Part shown: piece by piece, positions 30,297-41,724 of the stretch
Position numbering within the stretch: position 1 is the stretch's first letter
Layout: every line of letters begins with the position of its first letter
From: Terriglobia bacterium
GTDB lineage: Bacteria > Acidobacteriota > Terriglobia > 2-12-FULL-54-10
Length of the DNA stretch: 64,000 bases
Reading direction: 5' to 3'
Assembly (NCBI GenBank): GCA_963666975.2
Contig: CAXVYR010000004.1
Span: forward strand, 1,696,001 to 1,760,000
Program-made: the position numbers and the translations under genes
The notes under the pieces: model-generated
Seen by the model: only the letters and a program-made list of their open reading frames with translations
Databases searched by the model: none
Told to the model about the DNA's origin: nothing

Positions 30297-30310
30297 GAGG
30301 TGAACATAAC

Positions 30311-30508
30311 ATGTCTGTAGACAAAGTCAAGGGGGAAATAAATGCGGACCTAGACACGGATGTGGGTCCATGGGATTCATTGATTGCACAGGCCAAAGAG
30401 CAGCGACGCCAAGCTAAGGCAAGCATATTAAAATTATCAAAATCCATTGTCTTTTTTGAAAGAAAGAAAAGGGCGGGTGAGCCGTGGCCTGGGTCAACGC
30501 ACAATTAG
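30311..30508 (+). CDS. small basic helical hypothetical protein
   Basis: 65-aa ORF starting divergently 14 bp from the 175-aa ORF; identical in copy 2. Confidence 0.5.
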   Translation: MSVDKVKGEINADLDTDVGPWDSLIAQAKEQRRQAKASILKLSKSIVFFERKKRAGEPWPGSTHN

Positions 30509-30742
30509 CGGACTACCAGAGAGGACAGAAGTTCTATGCTTGTTTATCATCAACCTTTTCCGAAAAGTCTCAATTTTGGACCTCCTTTCACAGCGAAACA
30601 CACAACCGTGACCTTCGTGGCCCCCCCCCACTTTTGCACGGACGATTTTTCTTACAGCATGGTCATTGCTGCTTCCTGCCTGCCGACGCCGGTATAGACG
30701 CTTTCAGGTTTTTTCGTCAAGCGGGCGTTCTGTGATTTGCTT

Positions 30743-31249
30743 TTATCCCGAAAGAAGCTTCGCCAGTTGGGATGATATCTCCGAGCGCTGGGGCATGTGT
30801 TTTCGCTCCCGCCAGCGTTGCTGCCCGTCACCGTCCAGGATCAGAAAGGCCGGTATGTGCTCGATCTGGAACTGGCGGCCCATCTCGCGGCCCAACGCGC
30901 TGCGGAACTCCAAATGGATGATCTGGACCTGCTGTTCCCATTCTTTCTCCAGCCCATCGACGATGGGCCGCGCCGCCAGGCACGCCATTCAGAAATCGGA
31001 GTAAAAATGCAGCAGGGTGATCCGGCCGGACCGCAGCAGCCGCCCGACCTCTTCGGTTGTTTGAGCCGCCGAGGGCTTGCGGCGCAGCCAGAAGGGAAGG
31101 CCCCACACGAGGGCCATCGCCGCGCCGAGCGCGATCCACATATAGATCGCGGCGCCTGTCCCCATCAATCCCACGGCCACCGCCAGGAAGCCAATGCCGG
31201 GGATAATGAAAAGCGAATGCCGCGCCACAAAACGAAAACCCGGGTGCAT
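30743..31249 (-). CDS. membrane-anchored thioredoxin-like selenoprotein (UGA 30989-30991, UMAC motif)
   Basis: TLLHFYSDF-U-MACLAARP is a UxxC active site; IEHIPAFLILD cis-Pro loop; hairpin gcccatc-GTC-gatgggc downstream. Confidence 0.8.
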
Positions 31250-31707
31250 ACTTTTCTTTGCCTCTTGAAAGTTGGATTCGCGAAGTTCTTCAAAGTTACA
31301 ACGCTGCCGGTCCTATGTAAAGGAATACCGGCAAGGGAATATGGGTCAGTTTCCTGGCGAGGGGGTAAACGGGCACTGGCCGAGGTTCGGTAAATGCTAG
31401 GCGACTACTCGGGTGTAATCCGGGACTTGCTTCCCAGACCACACTCGGTGCTCGGCTGCAGGTTCAGGAAACCCTGGAATAAATTGACCGGCAGGAAAAA
31501 CTGCAGAAGTTGGGTTTCAGAAACTACGGGCACATTTATGCCGAAATTGCAAAATCGCTATCTCCTGGGAATATCGAGTCAGGACTGGTAGAGGTGCAAA
31601 AGCGGTATCCGATGCTCTGGGATGAGTAATGCGAAGATCGGGCGGGGTAGAGGGTTTCCTCGTGTAGCCTTCGCACGGGGGCCGGGTGGTGCTTCTCCGC
31701 AGGGTTG

Positions 31708-33858
31708 CTAGGTCTTTCGGGCCAGTTTCTTTCTCCCAAACCCCGCTAGTCCTGCCAGCCCGGTGCCGAGGAGGAGCAGGGTGGCGGGTTCGGGGATGGG
31801 GTCGGGGGCAGGGGTGTAATTGTATTGAAGAATTGCAGCTCCCGAGACTGAAAAATTCGCAAATCCGCTGGTGATGCTGTGCGCCAAAAGCATTGGGTTT
31901 AGTGGGGACGCTGGTTCCACGAAATCCGATACAAGAGCGCTAATACTGGTGGGCGGCACGTTGGCGCCACTAAAGCCAGGGACGACAAAGCCAAACAGGT
32001 CGGTGGTTTCGTTGAAAGTGAATGTGTAAATGATTGGCCGCGCAAAGCTAACAGGAATTATTGACCCAAAAGCGCCTAACCCGGCACCGGGGAAAATGAA
32101 TAGGGCGGGAGAGTCGAAATCAAAGATATTGACCACCAAGCCCTGTGAATGACTGTGTAATGATAAGAGTACCGGGAATAAGAGACACACCTGACATGAC
32201 TCCGTTGATGGTCACATTCACTGATAGGAGCGTTCCGAGGTCGGGATCAAAGGGCTGTATGCCGAAGGGAACCGCGCCAACAGTCCCGCTGAATGAACTG
32301 CGAGGGTGTCCCATACATAGTTGAAGGTTGAACGGCGGTTCGGCCCGAATCGAATAGAATCGGGCCAAGCCTAAATCCTATAGAAGGAGAACCGCCGAAT
32401 GAAGGGAAAATATCACGTTTTGGAACTGGGTTCCAAGGGAGCCGAAGAAACCATCCAGAAGTTTTGCCAAACCAACGGACAGATGCTGTTGCCGGTGGTG
32501 GATCTGATCACGGAGGCGCGTCTGGCGGTGGATGAGGTGATTGATCGGGCCGGGCGAGGTTTGATTGAAACGATTCTGAGCATGAGCGCAGAGCAAATCG
32601 CGGGGCCAAAGAGTCCCGGGAAGGCGAGCGGAGAGGTGCGCTGGCATGGCCGGCAATTGGGGAGGGTGAAACTGGCCGATCGCCAGCTGCGGGTGGAGCG
32701 GCCCCGGCTGCGCCGGAAGGGCGGAGGGGAAGAAGCGGTGCCGGCCTACGAAGCACTGCGGAAAAGCGAGAAGACGGGCGAGGAGATGTTCGAGGCACTG
32801 TTGAAAGGGGTTTCGACGCGGAACTACCGCGAGGTGATCCCGGAGATGGCCAACAGCGCTGGGGTGTCGAAGTCTCAGGTGAGCCGGGAAGCGGCCGAGC
32901 AAGGAGCGCGGCGGCTGGAAGAACTGTTGGCGCGGCGCTGGGAGGAGGTCGAGATTCTGGTGATTTACCTGGACGGAATGCGGTTCGGCTCCCACCACGT
33001 CATCAGCGCCGTGGGCGTGGACATCGAGGGCCGCAAGCATGTGCTGGGGATTCAACTGGGCGCGACCGAAAACGCCGCTGCGGTGAAAGACCTTCTCACC
33101 CGCCTGCGCCAGCAAGGTTTGCGCACGGATCAGCGCTATCTGTTTGTGATCGACGGCGCCAAAGCGCTCCGCGCGGGGATCGAGGAAGTATTCGGCAGCA
33201 ATCAGCTGGTGCAGCGTTGCCGTACTCATAAGCTGCGCAACGTGGCTGAGCGGTTACCAAAGGGCGACAAAATGCTGGCGAATCAGGTGCGGTCGCTGAT
33301 GCGCGCCGCCTGGCGATTGCCCCAAGCCGAGGAAGGCATCGTGCGCATAAAAAAGCTCGCTGGGATGATCGAGTGCGATCATCCGGCAGCAGCCGCCAGC
33401 TTGCGCGAAGGGTTGGAGGAGACCTTTACGATCAATCGAGCCGACGTTCCTCCCAGCCTCCACCGCTGCCTGGCAACCACGAACCTCATCGAGAGCCCGC
33501 AGTCGGGCGTGCGGAAAAAGACTGGCAATGTTTGCCGCTGGCGCGACGGCGAGATGACGTTGCGCTGGGTGGCAGGAGCGTTTCTGCTGACCGAGAAGAA
33601 TTTCCGGAAGATCATGGGTTATCACGATCTCTGGGCTTTGGCATCGATTCTCGGCCGAAGTCCAAACGCTGCTTCCTCTCACAAGGAGAAAGTGGCGTAA
33701 TATGAACTCAACCCGCCGTCCCAACCTGCAACTGAGTTTGGGACACCTTCTGAACTGCTGACGATCTGCGTCAGTATGGGGTCGGCCCGTAGTTCACGCG
33801 CTCCGACCAGGACAAATAGTGCCATCAAAAGAGCCAAGCCACTCCGCTTCAGTTGCAT
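31708..33858 (-). pseudogene. PEP-CTERM surface protein split by IS256 and frameshifted
   Basis: Signal peptide from ATG 33858 joins in frame to SSFSGTVG...FDPDLGTLLSV once the IS is removed; frameshift near 32123; C-terminal IPEPATLLLLGTGLAGLAGFGRKK. Confidence 0.82.
32302..33750 (+). mobile_element. IS256-family element, copy 2 (transposase 32399-33700)
   Basis: Same 1449-bp element; 8-bp TSD TGAACTGC; two amino-acid differences from copy 1. Confidence 0.95.
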
Positions 33859-34465
33859 TCTTTACCTCACGAAGCCCACCGCAAGTAGAGTTGCTAATTC
33901 ACATGCAATTCACAGGCCTGGTCGATTTAGATAAATGCGTTGAAAAGAAAGATAATTTTCATAAATTCACGCTTTGAACCCAACTATTCTCTCTTTTGAA
34001 TAAATAAATTCCCTTTTGCGCGCTTTTGCATCAAGGACAGAACGAAAGTTCGCAATCTTTTTGACATGTTCACGCTTCCTTAGTGAAAGATGTTTGGGAC
34101 AGCTCCCTGCACTCAAATCCGTAGCAAATGTATGGCCAAAACAACCGCGGTATTAAGACATTGAAAACACAGCAAGTCCTATAGGGAAGCGAAAAGGCAG
34201 GACGGGGATTCGCGGAAAAGTATTTCCGTTTTGTGATAACTTTGAGGAGTGGCCATGCGCTGTCACTTGGCAGGCGGGAATCAAGTTGCGGGGCAAGCGA
34301 AGGGCTGGGGTCATGCGATAGAGATGGAGAAATGTCCCCCTCGGTTGCATCGATAAACCGACCCACCAAAACTTTCCGTATATTGGCATATCCGAATTGG
34401 AATCCCACTGCTGGCGGGCTGTGGCGCATACGAAAGCTCGGCCCCCACGGTGCAGCCAAGCTGGG

Positions 34466-34538
34466 AGAGGCACCGACACAAATCAACGTAGTGCTGAACT
34501 GGTTTGAAGAGCTGAAGCAGCGGGTGCCCGCGCAGTAA
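34466..34538 (+). pseudogene. C-terminal remnant of a PD40-repeat or Ser/Thr kinase type protein
   Basis: APTQINVVLNWFEELKQRVP is a characteristic C-terminus of such proteins. Confidence 0.5.
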
Positions 34539-34859
34539 TCTGAACCGCGACCGTCACGGAACACACGGGCCACTAATTTGACGCCTTTCTCATAGAAGTG
34601 CCCTTGGCCTTCGTAAGATTGCTGTAAGAAACCGTCGCTTCCACGATCACCCGCGAGTAACGGCGCAGTGTAGAACGAAGTCGCTCACTCAGCGGGTGCC
34701 CGCGCAGTAATCTGAACCGCGACCGTCACGGAACACACGGGCCACTAATTTGACGCCTTTCTCATAGAAGTGCCCTTGGCCTTCGTAAGATTGCTGTAAG
34801 AAACCGTCGCTTCCACGATCACCCGCGAGTAACGGCGCAGTGTAGAACGAAGTCGCTCA
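34518..34859. repeat. exact 170-bp tandem duplication
   Basis: 34518-34687 is repeated at 34690-34859. Confidence 0.9.
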
Positions 34860-34903
34860 ACTCCAGAATCGTCGCCCATCCGAAAAATATCCCCAAACGG
34901 CGT

Positions 34904-35039
34904 TAGCAGCTTGTTGAAAAAAGGATTTTGAACGACGCTACGAGCACGTAAATCGTTGTAACCCATTGATTCTTCGTTCGACGGCATTCCAGAAAAGTGG
35001 TTTTCGGGCAGGCGAAAATGATTTTTTAACAAGCTGCTA
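34904..35039. mobile_element. MITE with ~18-bp TIRs
   Basis: TAGCAGCTTGTTGAAAAA ... TTTTTTAACAAGCTGCTA; TTAG/CTAG at the borders. Confidence 0.7.
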
Positions 35040-35241
35040 GGCGGTCTACCAGAATAAGCGTGCCGAACAGGGCCCCGGCAGGGCCAATGAGGCGGACGTG
35101 CCGCAAAAATGAGGTTGAGGCTGGGCAGTGGAAGGGCGGCCTGACCGGTTCCCCAGCAGAACGGCGCGTACCTGCCTCCCCTTCCCTATTTGCAACGCTT
35201 CCTTTCTACCAACAATATCTCCTTGCCGCCGGCGTTACGGA

Positions 35242-36654
35242 TTACCTGCCGGCGGCTACCCCCGGCTTATAGGGGAACTCCCGGCCGGAAGCGGCGATCA
35301 ACACGTACTCGGTCTCCTGCCCGCTGGTCTGGATGCGGACGCTTTCAATCGGCTCGCCCTCATACATCTTCGGGAACATCCGCGCCAGAGCGCCAGCGGC
35401 ATCGATGGATATCACCGTGAAGGCGCTCATGGAACTGAAGCCCAGCGGAAGAGTGACGTCCGTGATCCGGGCTGTGCAGTTTCCCGCTCCCGGCGCCGGG
35501 CAAGTGATCGTCGCCGTGGAGTTTGCAGCCCCCCCCTGCGCCGGATCGAGCGGCGTCACCACCAGCGTGACGGTTTTTAGGGCAGGAAACGGGTTGGAGA
35601 CCGTGTTGGGACCGGCGATCAGATCCACGGTGACGCTGGAGGCTGGCCCCGACTGGTTGGGCATGGTCACATCAGCGGCATTGAGGACCTGGGTCTGGCC
35701 GACTATGCCTCCCGAGGCGTTGAGGATACCCGTCCGGCCGGGCGTGTCCTGCGACCCAGTGACCGTCACCGTATTGTCAATATCGCTGGTATCGGTGAGT
35801 GTGGCAAATTGGATGAACGCGGTCGGCGCGGAGGGCAATACAATGGGTCCCGGCTCGGAGAAGGCGGTTACATTTGCATTGCCTAGCAAAGTGCCGGTGA
35901 ACGAGAGCGTGAAAGCCTCTGACCTTATTATTCCCTCTTCCGAGGTAGCGCTACAACTGATGCAGCCGTTGTCGGCATTGAGGGTGCCAGTGCCGGCGAT
36001 CGTGCTCGCTACCAAGCGAATTATGCCTCCGGTGCCTCCCGAGCCTCGAGACCCAAAACAGCAACCATTGGCGCCGCCTTTCGCGGTCACAGTGCCATTT
36101 ACCGTGATGGTGCCGTCGGCGGCGATTAGGATGGCCCCGCCGCCCCCGCCGCCGCCGGAGCCGCCCCGCAACAGCGTCACAACGTCATTGCCAGCCGGGA
36201 TGACGGTGCCGCCCACGGTGGTTCCCGTGGTAAAGAACTTCGCTCCTGCTGGGGGATTAGATCCTCCAACGCCGCCCCCGGGGCCGCCCCCAGGACCAGC
36301 GCCAGGCGAGCCCGCCGCAGGCGACAAAATTCCTCCAGTGCCGCCGTCGCCGCCCCGATAGCCTCCCGGACCGCCTGCGCCCCCTGCGCCCCGCACGAAG
36401 GAGGTCGCCATCGCACCGGCCGTCCCGGCCACGCTAAGAGCGGTGATGCCGTCGATGGTCACATTGCCGGTGGACCGAATGATCACCGGGGTGTTGTCAG
36501 GGTTGGGCACAAAGTCCAGAGTGACACCAAAGTTTTGGGCGCCCCCTAGAGCAGACCGCCGCAGGGTGAAGTTGCCGACATCGAGCAGACCATCCGGAAA
36601 CGACGTGGGCAAGGTCTGAGGGGGGTTCGGGAAGACCTGCGATGTGATATCCAC
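35242..36654 (-). pseudogene. glycine-rich exported protein, 5'-truncated by IS3
   Basis: 470-codon ORF with GGxGG repeats whose start abuts the IS3 left end. Confidence 0.7.
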
Positions 36655-38167
36655 TGTGCCCCGTCAGGGCTTGTTGGACAGGTAGAGGGTAATAGTTAAG
36701 GTGATGTTTTTGGCTCATCGTAGAGACTGAAAGGAACGAAGATGAGACAAAAACAAGACGACAGGGGGGCGGTCGAGAAGGCCGTCCGGGAGATCAAACG
36801 CAGGACGCGGCGCAGGTTCAGCCCGGAAGACAAAATCCGCATTGTATTGCAGGGACTTCGCGGCGAGGACAGCATCGCGGAGCTGTGCCGCCGCGAGGGG
36901 CTGCACCAGAACCAGTATTACCGCTGGAGCAAGGAGTTTCTGGAGGCTGGCCGCAAGCGGCTGGCGGGCGACATAGACCGTGAGGCAACCAGTGGCGAAG
37001 TCAAGACTCTGCGGGAGCAGGCCGTACAGCTGAAAGAGGCCCTGGCCGAGGCTATGCTGGAAAATCGCCTGCTAAAAAAAAGCGTGATCGGGGATGGGGA
37101 GGAACATACATGAGATACCCTGCCTCGGAGAAGCTGGAGATCATCTGCACGGTGGAGCAATCTGCCCTGGGGGTGCGCCGGACGCTGCAGCAGGTTGGCA
37201 TTCCCAGATCGACGTTTTACAACTGGTACGACCGCTATGTGTCGGAAGGCTTTGATGGGCTGGAAGACAAAAAACCCGATCCTGGCCCTGTCTGGAACAA
37301 GGTGCCGGAGGAGATAACTCAGCAGTTGGTGACGTTAGCCCTGGCCGAGCCCGATCTGTCGTCACGCGAGCTGGCGGTGCGTTTTACCGAGGAAAGGCGG
37401 TATTACCTTTCTGAATCGACGGTTTACCGCGTCCTGAAAAGCCATGACCTGATTACCGCGCCAGCCTTTATTGTCCTGAAAGCGGCGGAACGGTTCGCCA
37501 ACCCGACCACGGCGGTCAACCAGCTCTGGCAGACCGACTTCACCTACCTGAAAGTCATCGGTTGGGGCTGGTTCTACCTGTCCACGGTGCTGGACGACTT
37601 CTCGCGCTATATCATCGCCTGGCGGCTGTGCAAAACCATGAGCGCAAGTGACGTCTCGGCCACGTTGCGGGATGCTTTGCAAGCCACCGGCCTCGACCGC
37701 GTGGGCGCCCGGCACAGACCTCGCCTCCTGAGCGACAACGGGCCGTGCTACGTCTCTTCCGAACTGCAATCATGGCTGGCAGAAAACAGCGTGCCGCATA
37801 CTCGCGGCAAGCCCTATCACCCCATGACGCAGGGCAAGATCGAACGCTGGCACCGAACTCTGAAAGACCGCATCCTGCTCAACAACTATTACCTGCCAGA
37901 AGAGCTGGAGCGGCAGATCGATGCCTTCGTCAACCACTACAACACCAACCGATACCATAGAAAGCCTGAACAACCTGACACCGTATGACGTTTTTACAGG
38001 CCAAGGCAGTGCCATCCTGCAAAAACGGGATCGCATCAAAGAGAAAACTATGATCTTAAGAAAACGGTTGCACTTCAAAAGAAGGGCAGCCTAACATCAA
38101 CCCAGAGGAGCCTGAACGCCACCTTATCTTTTTATGCTCTGTGTCCAACATTATCTGACGACGTACA
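36655..38167 (+). mobile_element. IS3-family element (orfA 36742-37113; orfB from 37110, extra frameshift near 37958)
   Basis: TG...CA imperfect TIRs; A8G slippery site at 37074-37082; WQTDFTY, SDNG, GKIERWH; no TSD. Confidence 0.92.
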
Positions 38168-40366
38168 GTCCGGGGGCAGTCGATGTAGTCCAGGAAGGTG
38201 ATGGCCTTGGCAAACCACTCTCTTGAGCGGGTCGCTGAACGATGGCCTTGGCAAACTGCTCGGTTCGGAGCGTTCGGACCACTCTCTTGAGCGGGTCGCT
38301 GAACGAGTACAACTCATTCTCGATGATCTCCCGACGTTTGCCCCAGGCCTCCAGGTGGGTTTGGTTTCGCGTGAAGAGGCCGAACACCTTCAGGACAAGG
38401 TCTCGGATCAGGCGGAGGCGGGCGTAGCGGGCGCTCAGTTCAGCAATGGCCGCCCGCTGGGTCTCACTCAGCTTCTCCTCTCGGCTCAAAAGGACGTAAC
38501 GGAGGCCCCACAGCTTGCGGGAATCCTCTTTAGTGCCCACCTTTCGAGCAAGGACGCCCCGAAGGTCGTTGATGGCGGTCAGGACGTTCTTGGTAATGGC
38601 GCGGGTGTAGTGGAAGATGCAGAGTTGCTGTCTGATCCCCGGCCAAACTTCTTTTGGGACGTTTTGGTAGATAGGTGCACCGTCGGTCACAATGACACTT
38701 GGATGAATCCCCAAGTCTTTAAGGTGTGTCAGGAATTGGCGAAGCTCTTCTTCATTGGCAGTCCGGCACAATCGAACCGAGAGGGTCTTGTCGTTCAGAG
38801 GGTCCGTGGCAACCAGCACTGCGTAATGATCGTAAAGCTCGTCCACCACCAATACGCCGGAGAAGCCTTCCGCCGCCCACCGCTCATAATCTCGCTCCAT
38901 GTCTATCGCATCGGCGGAATCATGGAACCAGCCATACGCTGTCGAGAGTGCGGGGCGGACATGGAAGTCGCGCTCAAGCCGCTTCCGCAAGCCAGCAAAC
39001 GTGGTCTTATCCTCCACCACCGCACTGCGGGCCTTCTCAATGGCCCTTTGGCTGTAGTGTTTCCCCTTTTGGGCCATTGGCGGTTGGAAGCGGAAAAACT
39101 TTTTGCAGGCTTGACAGCGATACACCCCTACCTTAACATTCAATATGGTAGCGCACTCAAGATCAAGGTCTTTGATACGCCTTTCCCGGACCGAGTGCCT
39201 CTTGCACAGCGCCTTACAATTTGGGCACTCGGAACACGGGGGCGCAAACGAATTCGCTGTGGGGTTTCCTTCTGCCAAGGGGGTTTCTCCGTGTCGATGC
39301 CCTGGAGCCTGTTAGTCGCAGACTCCAGGGGTTACTTGCTAGAAGCTGGCGGGCCGGGAGGGGGTCGAACCCTCGACCTTCCGCTTAGCAGGCGGACGCT
39401 CTTGATCCTGGTTTCCCTAGAAGGTCCCGGATCGTTTCCGCTGAGCTACCGGCCCGTTATCTATCAATCTTTCAATCCATACCTCCTAAACCAAGCGCAC
39501 ATCCGATTAGCGCCTTCAGTCCCTGCTTGTTCCTCTGTGCCGTTGAGCTACGGGGCCACAAATTCATCTACTGTTCCTCTTTGGCGGTTTAGAAGTCTCA
39601 ATAAAATTTTCTGCGTCTGGCGTCCAAGAAAAATCATCCTCATCCACTTCCTTTACTATTTCCTTGTAGAAGACGTTGAGGCCTTCCCTCCTTATCTCTA
39701 TCTCATCGTTATCTTTCATGCGATTCAAAATCGTATAAATGGAAGACATTGGATTTTCGTAGGGCGACAAGTCCAACCCCCTCTTGGCAAGCTCGTCCCT
39801 AACGTCCTTGGGAGACAGCCATGCCGAGGCGAGCCCCAAAGCTCCGTGTTCCCCCGAAGTCAAAAACACGTGGCGTATCGCATCAGTAAAGCCGAGAGTG
39901 CTCAAATCATCTATGGAAGCGGCCAATCCGCAAAGGGGGAGCATTTTATTGATAACGGCTTTAATGTTTGCAATTTGTTTTTCAATTTCAACTCTCTTGG
40001 CGTCAAGCTCATCGCGCTCATTGTCCAGGCCGCAAAGGCGCACCCTGAGAGTTTCCAACATTTTTGCGGGATTGTACTCTTGATCTGCCATGAGGTGAAC
40101 ATAACATGTCTGTAGACAAAGTCAAGGGGGAAATAAATGCGGACCTAGACACGGATGTGGGTCCATGGGATTCATTGATTGCACAGGCCAAAGAGCAGCG
40201 ACGCCAAGCTAAGGCAAGCATATTAAAATTATCAAAATCCATTGTCTTTTTTGAAAGAAAGAAAAGGGCGGGTGAGCCGTGGCCTGGGTCAACGCACAAT
40301 TAGCGGACTACCAGAGAGGACAGAAGTTCTATGCTTGTTTATCATCAACCTTTTCCGAAAAGTCTC
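38168..40366. mobile_element. tRNA-carrying transposon, copy 2 (left part lost at the IS3 junction)
   Basis: Near-identical to 28414-30571; transposase 3' end scrambled at ~38215-38240 and truncated; also carries the 175-aa (39564-40091) and 65-aa (40106-40303) ORFs. Confidence 0.88.
39347..39455 (-). tRNA. atypical tRNA-like gene, anticodon GCU (copy 2)
   Basis: Identical to 29552-29660. Confidence 0.8.
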
Positions 40367-40502
40367 CAAAGGAGCGCCTCCTGGGGGCTCTTTCCCCGCC
40401 TGTATACACTCTGTTGAAAGCACTTCCTGGAGTAGTGAACCGCCGGGTTATCCAGGTTATCATGACAAGGGGACGAATACGAAGGCAGATCGGGGGTAAT
40501 GG

Positions 40503-41717
40503 GTGACGAATCAGACACAGGGTTTCGATTCCTCGATGCACAAATGGATGAATCTCAAACCATGGCTCCGCGAGGCAGCCGGACAACTGGGTTTTGACCT
40601 GTGCAGCATCGCTCCGGCTTCACTGCCGGAATTGGACCGGGCCCGGTATCTTTCGTGGCTCGAACGCGGATTCCAGGGCGAGATGAAGTATATGGAGCGA
40701 GAGCAGCGGCGGGACCTGCGGCGGCTGCTGCCCAGCGTCCGGTCCGTCATCTGCGCAGGAATGGTTTACAACACCCCGCATCCGAAATCCGTTGAATGCC
40801 CCGACCCCGCTCGCGGATGGATCTCCCGCTACGGCTGGGGAGAGGATTACCACCTTGTGCTTCGCGAGCGCCTGGAAAAGCTGCTCGAAGGATTGCGCCG
40901 GGAGGCCGGGTCTCCCTTTGAGGCGAAGATTTGCGTGGACACCGCGCCGCTGCTCGAACGCGCCGTTGCGCAGGCAGCAGGGATAGGGTGGATCGGGAAA
41001 AACACCTGTCTGATCCGCGAGAAAGCCGGTTCCTGGTTTTTGCTCGGCGAGATACTAACCAGCTTGGAGCTCGAGCCCGACCAGCCCGCGCCGGACCGCT
41101 GCGGCACCTGTACACGCTGCATTGACGCTTGCCCCACAGCAGCCATCGTGGAACCCTACGTTCTGGATGCCACGCGCTGCATCTCCTACTTTACGATTGA
41201 ACTCAGGGGTTCCATTCCTGAAGCGTTTCGTCCCGCCGTCGGGCGTCATCTTTTCGGCTGCGACATCTGCCAGGATGTGTGCCCGTGGAATAGCAAAGCG
41301 CCCGTGACGACGCTGCCGGAATTTCAGCCGCGACCCATCCCAGCCGCGGACGGGGAATCGCAACCCGAAGGCCAGCCGGTTGTTCCCAGCACCTCTGTTC
41401 CCAGTACCCCTGTTCCCAGCACCTTCAACCCGCCTCTGGAATGGATGGCCTCGCTGAGCGAGGAAGAGTTTCGCCGGACATTTCGCCGCAGCCCCATCCA
41501 GCGCGCACGCTACCGGGGCATGCTCCGGAACGCGGCAGTCGCCATGGGCAATTCCCGTCAGGAGCGGTTCCGTCCGCTACTCGATAAGCTGGCTGAGCAC
41601 CCCGACCCTATGGTCCAGGAGCATGCGCGCTGGGCTCTGGAGCAGTTAGAAGAGAACCCACCCCAGCCCCCGTTGCAACCGAAAAACTTCGGGACTCCGG
41701 CCTCTGGATTGGATTGA
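40503..41717 (+). CDS. queG: epoxyqueuosine reductase
   Basis: ISRYGWGEDYH, VDTAPLLER, GWIGKN, CGTCTRCIDACPT, FGCDICQDVCPWN; start codon uncertain. Confidence 0.95.
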   Translation: MTNQTQGFDSSMHKWMNLKPWLREAAGQLGFDLCSIAPASLPELDRARYLSWLERGFQGEMKYMEREQRRDLRRLLPSVRSVICAGMVYNTPHPKSVECPDPARGWISRYGWGEDYHLVLRERLEKLLEGLRREAGSPFEAKICVDTAPLLERAVAQAAGIGWIGKNTCLIREKAGSWFLLGEILTSLELEPDQPAPDRCGTCTRCIDACPTAAIVEPYVLDATRCISYFTIELRGSIPEAFRPAVGRHLFGCDICQDVCPWNSKAPVTTLPEFQPRPIPAADGESQPEGQPVVPSTSVPSTPVPSTFNPPLEWMASLSEEEFRRTFRRSPIQRARYRGMLRNAAVAMGNSRQERFRPLLDKLAEHPDPMVQEHARWALEQLEENPPQPPLQPKNFGTPASGLD

Positions 41718-41724
41718 AACGGAG

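Larger units (their letters stand above)
25813..30571. mobile_element. TIR-bounded transposon, copy 1 (transposase, tRNA-like gene, three passenger ORFs; interrupted by IS256)
   Basis: 22-bp TIRs GACACTTTTCGGAAAAGGTTGA (25813-25834) and TCAACCTTTTCCGAAAAGTCTC (30550-30571); identity with copy 2 ends exactly at the right TIR. Confidence 0.8.

Noticed and set aside
28128-30320. 730-aa plus-strand ORF (and the 630-aa copy at 38223-40115)
   Set aside because: Antisense to the transposase, tRNA and wHTH gene, with no recognisable motifs; treated as a shadow ORF, although its length across intergenic DNA is notable
16891-30991. Genome-wide UGA reassignment to Trp or Gly
   Set aside because: Many genes end normally at TGA, and the read-through UGAs occur only at catalytic Cys positions, which fits Sec
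25873-33750. Composite transposon formed by the two inverted IS256 copies
   Set aside because: Each copy has its own distinct 8-bp TSD (TTATCTGG and TGAACTGC), so they are independent insertions
35333-36361. 342-aa plus-strand ORF
   Set aside because: Antisense shadow of the glycine-rich gene
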